Made by a program: the position numbers and the translations under genes. Of a stretch of 32,000 nt of DNA, positions 25,035 to 32,000 are shown piece after piece (positions within the stretch are counted from its first letter, which is position 1; the number at the start of each line of letters is the position of its first letter). The notes under the pieces were generated by a model. It saw nothing but the letters and a program-made list of their open reading frames with translations, was not told the DNA's origin and did no database searches. Origin of the DNA: Guyparkeria halopsychrophila (lineage in GTDB: Bacteria > Pseudomonadota > Gammaproteobacteria > Halothiobacillales > Halothiobacillaceae); NCBI RefSeq assembly GCF_044582135.1, contig NZ_JBDODP010000002.1, positions 62,396 through 94,395 of the forward strand, in the 5' to 3' direction.

Positions 25035-25725
25035 AATGTGACCCCCCGTCTGTTTGCGTCGATCCCGTCCGGTTTTGATGTACCACGCTCGGGCGGGTTC
25101 GGCAAGTCCGTGCAGTTATGTCAACCACACGTTTTTGACGAGGATGCAGCCATGACTCGACAAGTCAGCCCCGGTTGGGGGGGCGCTGGTATCAGCGCCC
25201 GGAGGACAATTCCTGGTCCGGAGCGGTTGATACAGTGGTCCGGGGGCATGGGCTCCAGGCGAGTGCTTTGTTGCAAGTTGGCGAGCACGTACACGAGGCG
25301 TTTAGTGTGATCTGAAAGACGTCGCAGCACTCGTTCCGGTCTGCCTTGTCCCGAAGGAGTCGCTTGGCGACGGGAGCCAATGCGGCGACGGGGCTTCCCC
25401 ATATACCGTCTGGACCTTTTGCCTGTCACGGCCGCGATGCTCCCCTAGGAGTGGATCATCATCGCCAGATCCAGCACGTCCCGGCTTAACATCGAGCGAC
25501 CGCCTCATCGGTCGGTTGTGTTTACCCGAACACCTAGGCACGTGAACTGAGGAGGGCATTCGTTTATTAAAGTGCATTGTTGTGAACAACGAGGCGGGGT
25601 CTTGGTGTCCTACATGGCAGGGATCGTCTTTCAACCAGAAGAAAAAATGTAAAGAGTCTCCCGTTTCAGCGGACCGTGAGGTGAAGCCGGAATAGTTTGA
25701 CGGCGAGCGTGAAAGGATTAGGGAT

Positions 25726-28332
25726 ATGCGCCGAAGGGGTAAAAATAGCGTAGCTGTGGAGGTCCCTCATGGGATCTTCTCCCAGTGCCCTGCGAAAACT
25801 TACACAGATCGATTGGGGCGTACGTGTGCCGGGCGCAGTGTTTTGGATCATTGTCTGGCAGTCGGGGCGGTGGCCGCGCGGCTTGAGGAAATGTTTCCGA
25901 GGGAGTTAAGAGAGCTGTTGTTTCCGCCCGGGGCCTGTTTGGTGGCGGGTGCTCATGACATAGGAAAAGTTTCACCAACGTTTGTTGCCAAGATCCTGCG
26001 CGCACTCGATCCCGCTTGCGGGGTGGGTCCTGACTTGGCTGGAGCCGTCGCAGGCGTTTCTCCCGACATCGAGAGAAACTGGGGTGGGCATGCCGGCGTT
26101 AGCCAGTGTGCCGCAGCCAGCATGGGAGCGTCGTCACCTATTCCGGAAATCCTCGGCCAGCATCACGGCTATTCACCCCAGGTCGAGGGCCGGTCTGGAG
26201 ATGAAGAGTCGTTTGGCGGTCAGGCTTGGCAATGTGAGCGCGAAGCGCTGGTCGAGGCGCTCAAGGAGAGGATGGCCTCTGACTGGCCGGAGCACGTCAA
26301 TCCCGTTCAGGCCCGCGTTCTTGCGGGCCTGACCACAGTCGCGGACTGGATTGGCTCCGGTCAACACTTCGATGATCCGTCAGATTCGTGGGAAGGAAGG
26401 GTGGATCAGGCCGTTCATGACTCAGGTTTCATACCGTTCTCCATCAAAAAGGGGCTGGCATTCGAGGACATATTTCCCTTCAGCGCCAATCAGGCACAGG
26501 TCCGGCTTGCAGATGCGGTCGAAGGTCCGGGCGTGTATCTGCTCGAAGCTCCGATGGGAATGGGCAAGACGGAGGCGGCCTTGTATGCAGCCTACCGACA
26601 GCTGGCCGCCGGCAAGGCAACCGGTATCTATTTTGCGCTCCCGACCCAGCTGACCTCCAACCGGATTCATGGCCGACTCCGGCGTTTTCTTGAAAAGGTC
26701 TTGGAGCCGGGTGATCCCATGGCACATGCCATGCTTCTTCACAGCGGGGCCTGGCTGGTGGAGTCGGAAATGGGTGAGGAGGGGCGCCCGGGTGGCTCCT
26801 GGTTCAGCCAAGCGAAGCGCGGACTGTTATTCCCGTTCGCGGTGGGCACCCTCGACCAGGCATTGATGGCCGTGATGAACGTCAAGCATGGTTTCGTTCG
26901 GGCGTTCGGCCTGGCGGGCAAGGTGGTGATTCTCGACGAGGTTCACACCTACGACGCATACACGGGGACATTGCTCGATGAGCTGGTCGCCTTTCTCCGT
27001 GAGGCGGGATGCACGGTCATCATCCTGACAGCAACCTTGTCCCGGTCACGACGCAATCAGTTATTCGGTGAAGAGGCGCTTCGGGACGATTATCCGCTGG
27101 TGACCGGTGCCCCGGGCGCCGGTGACCGTGCGGAGATCCCGCTCGAAAGACCACCGAGCCGACCGGTTGGGCTTGCCTGGCATGGGGAAGAGGCTCCGGT
27201 CATCGAGGACGCACTGCAACGTGCGTCCGACGGGCAGCACATCCTGTGGATCGAGAACACCGTAGCCGAGGCCCAGGAGCGTTTCCGGGTGCTCTCGGCG
27301 CGCGGCCGGGAGGCCTGCATCGAAGTCGGCCTTCTGCACTCTCGCTTCACCGTGGCCGATCGGGAAAGCCTCGAGGATGACTGGGTTGGCCGTTTCGGGC
27401 GGGATGGTCGAGGTGTGTCGCGGCAGTCCGGCTGCATCCTCGTTGGCACACAAGTGCTGGAACAGTCCCTGGATATCGATGCCGATTTTATGGTCACCCG
27501 ATTCTGTCCAACCGATATGCTGTTCCAGCGGCTGGGTCGTCTATGGCGCCACGAAGGGACGCCACGTCCCGTCGGGAGTCGATGCGAGGCGGCAATGCTG
27601 GCCCCCACCCTGACTGATGCGATCCAGAATCCGCCGAAGGCGTTTGATTCCACTGAGTCCGTATACGACGCCTATGTCCTGTGCCGAAGCCTTGGCACCT
27701 GGGAGGGCCTTGAGCAGGTCAGTCTGCCTGACGACATCCGGCCGATGATCGATGCCACCTATCAGCCTCGGGAAGAAACCGGGACGATGGCCCGATTACT
27801 TCATGAGCTGCACGAAGGGAATCGGCGGAAGACGGGCATCTCGACCATGAGACGGCTTGCCCGGGGAGCCCTTTCACTCGGTGGCAAGACGCAATCCGAG
27901 GACAAGGCGGGGACGCGTTATAGCGACATGGAGTCCACCGAGGTGCTCCTGTTGAGCGATATTTTCTCGCATTCCGAGACGCGTGAGACGGTCGTTACCC
28001 TGCTTGACGGCAGCCGCCATCGGATTCCATGGGACCGCCACGTTCTGCAAAGGCGTGACTGGCGGGTTCTGAGCGTGCAAATGGCGCGACAGAAAGTGCG
28101 AGTGGCCGAGCATCAGGCCCCTCGGGCGCTGCCGGTGCGGCTGTTGGAGCGGTACGGACTGGGAAACTGCTTCTATCTCGGCCATCCGGAAGCGGAAACC
28201 TCGTCGTTGCGGATTGGATTGGTGAACGATGCGCGGGAAGTGGTCGGGCTTGACGGTCAAGCGGCCAAAGAGAAGTACCGGACCTTCTATCGCCACGATC
28301 TGGGCTATCAGGCCGAACGGAGAAAGGACTGA
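25726..28332 (+). CDS. cas3: CRISPR-associated nuclease/helicase Cas3 (type I-E style, HD + SF2 helicase)
   Basis: 868 aa. HD-domain residues LDHCLAVG.., AGAHDIGKVSP, QHHGY. Helicase motif I EAPMGMGKTEAAL and motif II VILDEVH. The exact start is uncertain. Confidence 0.9.
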   Translation: MRRRGKNSVAVEVPHGIFSQCPAKTYTDRLGRTCAGRSVLDHCLAVGAVAARLEEMFPRELRELLFPPGACLVAGAHDIGKVSPTFVAKILRALDPACGVGPDLAGAVAGVSPDIERNWGGHAGVSQCAAASMGASSPIPEILGQHHGYSPQVEGRSGDEESFGGQAWQCEREALVEALKERMASDWPEHVNPVQARVLAGLTTVADWIGSGQHFDDPSDSWEGRVDQAVHDSGFIPFSIKKGLAFEDIFPFSANQAQVRLADAVEGPGVYLLEAPMGMGKTEAALYAAYRQLAAGKATGIYFALPTQLTSNRIHGRLRRFLEKVLEPGDPMAHAMLLHSGAWLVESEMGEEGRPGGSWFSQAKRGLLFPFAVGTLDQALMAVMNVKHGFVRAFGLAGKVVILDEVHTYDAYTGTLLDELVAFLREAGCTVIILTATLSRSRRNQLFGEEALRDDYPLVTGAPGAGDRAEIPLERPPSRPVGLAWHGEEAPVIEDALQRASDGQHILWIENTVAEAQERFRVLSARGREACIEVGLLHSRFTVADRESLEDDWVGRFGRDGRGVSRQSGCILVGTQVLEQSLDIDADFMVTRFCPTDMLFQRLGRLWRHEGTPRPVGSRCEAAMLAPTLTDAIQNPPKAFDSTESVYDAYVLCRSLGTWEGLEQVSLPDDIRPMIDATYQPREETGTMARLLHELHEGNRRKTGISTMRRLARGALSLGGKTQSEDKAGTRYSDMESTEVLLLSDIFSHSETRETVVTLLDGSRHRIPWDRHVLQRRDWRVLSVQMARQKVRVAEHQAPRALPVRLLERYGLGNCFYLGHPEAETSSLRIGLVNDAREVVGLDGQAAKEKYRTFYRHDLGYQAERRKD

Positions 28333-28338
28333 ATCAAC

Positions 28339-29940
28339 ATGAGTAATGAATACAACCTGATCGACGAGCCGTGGATCCCGGTCGCGGACCACGGCAGGGT
28401 GGGGCTCGGAGAGGTTTTCTCCCGTACGGACATCCGCGCACTGGGTGGCAATCCGATTCACAAGTTGGCCGTCATGAAGCTGCTCCTTGCCATTGCCCAG
28501 GCCGCCTGCACGCCCGAAGACGAGGACGATTGGCGAAAGATGGGGCCCGAGGGGCTGGCATCGAACTGCCATGCCTACCTGGAAAAATGGCGTGACCGCT
28601 TCTTTTTGTTCGGTGAAGCTCCCTTCCTGCAGATGCCAGCGGTGGAGTCACTGGTCGCCACCCGGACGGAAGCTCGATTGAAGAAGGCCAAGACGCCCGG
28701 GCAGAGGAAGCAAGAAATACAGAAAGGCGCACCGAAGCCCTTCGGTGCCGGCTTCTACCCGGATCTTCCCTCGGACAACAACTCGATGCTCTCCCACACC
28801 ATGCTGGGAAAGGAGCTGGATTCGGGTGAACAGGCCCTCTTCGTCCTGACCCTGATGAACTTCGCCTTTGCCGGGAAGCGGGTCGAGGGAGGAATGACAT
28901 CCCTTGCCGGCACCGTACTCAGTGACAAGCACAGCGCGCCTGCAGGCCCCGGTCTTGGAGGATTCGTGGGTCAGCTGCACGGGCTCGTGGTGACCGGAGA
29001 CCTGCGAAAGGATGTCTGGCTGAATATGCTGACCAAGGCACAGATTGAAAAGGCGAACCGGTGGACAGAAGGAGTGGGGCGTCCTGCCTGGGAAGCCATG
29101 CCCGCTCACGAGCAGGACGCGCGGGCCAAGGCCATCAGGGAAAGTTACCAGGGATGTCTGGTCGGGGTCTCGCGGTTTGTCTACCTCAAGGAAGGCGGTA
29201 TCTATTACCTCGATGGCATTCAGTATCCCAAGGTCAGCGAGGGCTGGTTCGAGCCCACCCTGATGCTCGATCAGAGCGACAAGCTGCCGAAAGCGAAATA
29301 CGTGAACCTGGAAAAACGCCCTTGGAGAGAGCTTCCTGCCTTTCTCTCGTTCCTGGAAAGTGGAAGTACAGCTGGCTTCGAGAACATGGCGCTTCGAGTC
29401 GGCGTTCAACGAATGAGTCAGCGGAAAGAGCGACTGTGCGTCTGGACAGGTGGAATTCGGGTCAGCAGTACATCGGGCGATCAGTCGGCCAAGCAGGACG
29501 ACGACTTTCTCGAATCGACAGTCTGGATTGACGGGGATGACCTCGGCACGGTCTGGCTCGACCACCTCGATCTTGAAATGAAGGGAATGGATAAGCTCGC
29601 AAGCACCGTATACGGCTGTGTGCGCAACTATTTTGCAGACCTTCATGCCACGCCTGAGTATGCCGGTGCGCAAGCGGCGCTAGCCTCAAATCTCTTCTGG
29701 CAGTTCTGTGAGCGGGATTTCCAGACTCTCGTCGATAACTGCGAGCAAGGGGAGCGCGAGTCGCAGGCCCGAGAGGCATTGAGACACCGCTTTGTGCAGC
29801 ACGCTCACAAGGTGTTCGACCTGTACGCACCGAGGGAAACAGCTCGGCAATTGGAGGCCTGGGCAAACCGACGGCCAAATGCGCCCGCTGGTTATCTCGA
29901 GACTACCGAACGACAACAACCCACGATCCAAGGGGCATGA
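28339..29940 (+). CDS. cas8e: Cascade large subunit Cas8e (Cse1/CasA)
   Basis: 533 aa. The N-terminus [11 protein letters not shown]....V.L.EVF is characteristic of Cse1. Lies between cas3 and cse2. Confidence 0.85.
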   Translation: MSNEYNLIDEPWIPVADHGRVGLGEVFSRTDIRALGGNPIHKLAVMKLLLAIAQAACTPEDEDDWRKMGPEGLASNCHAYLEKWRDRFFLFGEAPFLQMPAVESLVATRTEARLKKAKTPGQRKQEIQKGAPKPFGAGFYPDLPSDNNSMLSHTMLGKELDSGEQALFVLTLMNFAFAGKRVEGGMTSLAGTVLSDKHSAPAGPGLGGFVGQLHGLVVTGDLRKDVWLNMLTKAQIEKANRWTEGVGRPAWEAMPAHEQDARAKAIRESYQGCLVGVSRFVYLKEGGIYYLDGIQYPKVSEGWFEPTLMLDQSDKLPKAKYVNLEKRPWRELPAFLSFLESGSTAGFENMALRVGVQRMSQRKERLCVWTGGIRVSSTSGDQSAKQDDDFLESTVWIDGDDLGTVWLDHLDLEMKGMDKLASTVYGCVRNYFADLHATPEYAGAQAALASNLFWQFCERDFQTLVDNCEQGERESQAREALRHRFVQHAHKVFDLYAPRETARQLEAWANRRPNAPAGYLETTERQQPTIQGA

Positions 29941-30500
29941 TGATGGAGAATCAAACCACCGAGGAGGCGACCCGGAGCAAGACGAGTGGGCACGAGTCCA
30001 GTCGAGGGCACCGTTTCGTAGCTTACCTGCTCGACAGGGCCCGCAATGACAAGGGTATCGCGGCACGGTTCCGGCGGGCGGACAACCCCGCTACGGAGTA
30101 CCAGGTCTGGGAAGTGCTCGCGGATTTTGGCATCGACCTGGAGTACCGGGATCAGCGACTGCCTTTTGTGACCGTCGGCGCAGCGATGATGCGGGCCCAT
30201 GCCGAACAGAATGGCGTGCTTTCGATTGGAGCCGGCCTTGCCCACAGCTACCCGGATGGCAAGGAGAGTGCGCCAGCTCGCGCCCGGTTGCGTCGTCTGC
30301 TCGCCTGTGACTCCACGGAAGAGGCCTGCGAGGTGCTACGACCGATCCTCACACTGGTGCAGTCCCGTCTGGGCGCGAGGCTCGACTACGGCCGCCTGCT
30401 CAATGAACTGAGCTGGTTTCATCGCCATGGCGAGCGGACCCGGGCCCGGTGGGCGCAAGATTTCTTCCGGGGCCATTTCAAGGAAGAGAGGGGCTCATGA
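29937..30500 (+). CDS. cse2: Cascade small subunit Cse2 (CasB/Cas11)
   Basis: 187 aa, helical. [14 protein letters not shown]...LR....LDYGRLL.EL..W.....RARWAQDFF matches the CasB pattern. Its ATG overlaps the cas8e stop (ATGA). Confidence 0.8.
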   Translation: MMMENQTTEEATRSKTSGHESSRGHRFVAYLLDRARNDKGIAARFRRADNPATEYQVWEVLADFGIDLEYRDQRLPFVTVGAAMMRAHAEQNGVLSIGAGLAHSYPDGKESAPARARLRRLLACDSTEEACEVLRPILTLVQSRLGARLDYGRLLNELSWFHRHGERTRARWAQDFFRGHFKEERGS

Positions 30501-31153
30501 CAGACGCGCTATACGCCAGTGTTCTTCGACTGGACCGGCGAGCCATCCGGAAACTCGCCATTACCGATCCCTACTCGCTGCACCGAGTCGTGTACAGCCT
30601 GTTCGACGATATAAGAACCGAATCGGAAAAGCGCGGACACGACCCCAGCGGAATCGTGTACGCCGATAAGGGCGGCAACCGCCTGGGAAGAACCATTCTT
30701 ACCCTTTCCGACCGGGCCCCGGCCCAAGGTGTGATTCGGCACGGGGAAGCCTTCGGTGAAGTCGAATCGCGGCCCATTCCCGAGGACTTTCTGCGCCATC
30801 CCCGGTATCGATTCGAAGTGGTCGTCAATCCGACGGTCACGAGCGCCGGCAAGCGCGTACCCATCAAGGGACGGGATGCCATCGAGAAGTGGTTCGTCGA
30901 GCGCAGCGCAGAGAACTGGGGGTTCTCGGCCCCTGCGCAATCACTTCAGGTCGGGCAGGTGAATGTCCAGCAATTCAAAGGAAAACATGGAAACCACATC
31001 ACGCTGTCTCAGGCCCAGCTGACCGGTCTGCTTGAAGTCACGGATGGGGCGCGGTTCCGTGAGAGCTTCGCTCGCGGCATCGGGCGGGGGCGTACCTTCG
31101 GCTGCGGCCTCCTCCAGATCAGACCGGTGATCGACAATCCGTTCGGCTCCTGA
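30497..31153 (+). CDS. cas6e: CRISPR RNA endoribonuclease Cas6e (CasE/Cse3)
   Basis: 218 aa. [18 protein letters not shown], and the C-terminal glycine-rich loop [15 protein letters not shown], as in E. coli CasE (GIGPAKSMGCGLLSL). Its ATG overlaps the cse2 stop (ATGA). Confidence 0.85.
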   Translation: MTDALYASVLRLDRRAIRKLAITDPYSLHRVVYSLFDDIRTESEKRGHDPSGIVYADKGGNRLGRTILTLSDRAPAQGVIRHGEAFGEVESRPIPEDFLRHPRYRFEVVVNPTVTSAGKRVPIKGRDAIEKWFVERSAENWGFSAPAQSLQVGQVNVQQFKGKHGNHITLSQAQLTGLLEVTDGARFRESFARGIGRGRTFGCGLLQIRPVIDNPFGS

Positions 31154-31189
31154 GGGGGCGGGCACCAGCAATCGAGAAAGGAAGAAGTC

Positions 31190-32000
31190 ATGGAAAACAA
31201 CTCCCTCAAGAACACTCGTATCGAGTTTCACATTCTCCAATCGTTTCCGGTGACCTGCCTGAACCGGGATGACGTGGGCGCACCGAAAACCGCCAACATC
31301 GGCGGAGTGACCCGGGCACGGGTTAGTTCTCAGTGTTGGAAACGCCAGGTGAGGCTGGCGCTGCGAGACTTGGGTGCCAAGGCCGGGACACGTACCAAGA
31401 AAGTCAAGGAGCTTCTGGTGCCGGCCTGCAAGGCACACGGTGCGGATGAGCAGGCGGCCGAGGCGTTTTCGGATCGTGTTGCGGAAATCCTTACCAAGGA
31501 CACCTTGTTGTTCATTGGTGACAACGAGGTCGAGGCGTTGGCCCGATACGGCAACTCTATCGACTTCGATACCTCTGGCGTGAAGGAAAAGACACTCTGG
31601 AAAGAGGCGAAGAAGGTTCTTGACCAGGATCGGAGCCTGAAGCACCTCAACGCCCTGGACATCGCACTCTTTGGCCGCATGGTCGCCAAGCTGCCCGACA
31701 TGAACGTCGAAGCAGCGTCCTCTTTTGCCCATGCCATCTCTACCCACAAAGTGGCCAACGAAGTGGAGTTTTTCACCGCTCTCGATGATTACGCCGACCC
31801 CGATGAAGAGGCCGAGCACGAGAGCGGCTCGGCCCACATGGGAAGCCTCGAGTTTAATTCAGCAACGTATTACCGGTACGTGAGCCTCGACCTCGGGCAA
31901 CTGGCAGAGCAGATTCCGGCCGATAACCTTGCCGATGCAGTGGAGTCATTCGTCAAGGCACTGTTCATTGCCGTGCCCGATGCGCGTCAGACGACCATGT
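31190..32000 (+). CDS. cas7: Cascade backbone subunit Cas7e (CasC/Cse4), 3'-truncated by the window end
   Basis: Not in the ORF track because the frame runs off the window. Hand translation: MENNSLKNTRIEFHILQSFPVTCLNRDDVGAPKTANIGGVTRARVSSQCWKRQVR...GSLEFNSATYYRYVSLDL..., with no stop through 31999. GAAAGGAAG RBS upstream. Confidence 0.85.
   Translation, partial: MENNSLKNTRIEFHILQSFPVTCLNRDDVGAPKTANIGGVTRARVSSQCWKRQVRLALRDLGAKAGTRTKKVKELLVPACKAHGADEQAAEAFSDRVAEILTKDTLLFIGDNEVEALARYGNSIDFDTSGVKEKTLWKEAKKVLDQDRSLKHLNALDIALFGRMVAKLPDMNVEAASSFAHAISTHKVANEVEFFTALDDYADPDEEAEHESGSAHMGSLEFNSATYYRYVSLDLGQLAEQIPADNLADAVESFVKALFIAVPDARQTTM

Larger units (their letters stand above)
15107..32000. mobile_element. 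tRNA-Arg-anchored integrative mobilizable element / genomic island (right end beyond window or unresolved)
   Basis: A tyrosine integrase sits directly 3' of the tRNA, followed by alpA, a replication-like module, a MobV relaxase and lower-G+C cargo. No second copy of the tRNA 3' end was found in the window. Confidence 0.7.

Noticed and set aside
25333-25348. Possible degenerate attR: gttccggtc-tgccttg resembles the tRNA-Arg 3' region gttcaaatcctgccttg and shares the 8-mer ctgccttg with 15092-15099.
   Set aside because: Only an 8-mer is exact and a gap is needed. With about 20 candidate 8-mers and both strands of 690 bp, a chance hit is quite likely. Real att repeats are usually exact over at least 15 bp. 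It is kept as a caveat on whether the cas operon lies inside the element.
25035-25725. Looked for a CRISPR array or leader-repeat upstream of cas3, and elsewhere in the window.
   Set aside because: No 28-33-bp unit recurs at spacer-like intervals. No CCCCGC...GCGGGG type I-E repeat hairpin is repeated. Only isolated short palindromes are present.

Overview
High-G+C, gammaproteobacterial-type chromosome segment. All homology calls come from reading motifs by eye; no searches were run.

nt 1-15,100 is a conserved housekeeping backbone:
- minus strand: prmA, accC, accB, aroQ, then dsbD, cutA
- fxsA, a HemY-type protoporphyrinogen oxidase, an NDUFA9-like NAD(P)-binding protein, yqhA and a CMP/dCMP-type deaminase
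- groES-groEL, preceded by a near-perfect CIRCE operator
- icd and a small CPXCG zinc-ribbon protein

A tRNA-Arg(CCU) lies at 15,030-15,106. Immediately after it an integrated mobile element begins and runs to the window end; its right border is not visible. It contains, in order:
- a P4-type tyrosine integrase preceded by five copies of a GTGGGGACC motif
- an AT-rich, ORF-free control region with a strong minus-strand hairpin
- a translationally coupled module: alpA, orf93, a CHC2 Zn-ribbon protein and a DUF3987-like protein. The 3' end of the last gene carries an iteron-like palindromic repeat cluster.
- a decayed, frame-hopping locus
- a MobV-family relaxase (motifs HxxR and HxDExxPHxH)
- a lower-G+C cargo block of unassignable envelope genes: a 41-aa TM peptide, a lipoprotein and a secreted protein that share a four-Cys C-terminal module, and a tail-anchored coiled-coil protein
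- a 690-bp ORF-free spacer
- a type I-E CRISPR-Cas interference operon in non-E. coli order: cas3, cas8e, cse2, cas6e, cas7 (truncated by the window end)

No CRISPR array, cas1 or cas2 is visible in the window.

The most interesting items are the CRISPR-Cas module riding on, or abutting, a tRNA-anchored mobilizable element; the uncharacterised envelope gene block beside it; and the element's candidate ori, arm sites and sRNA signals.
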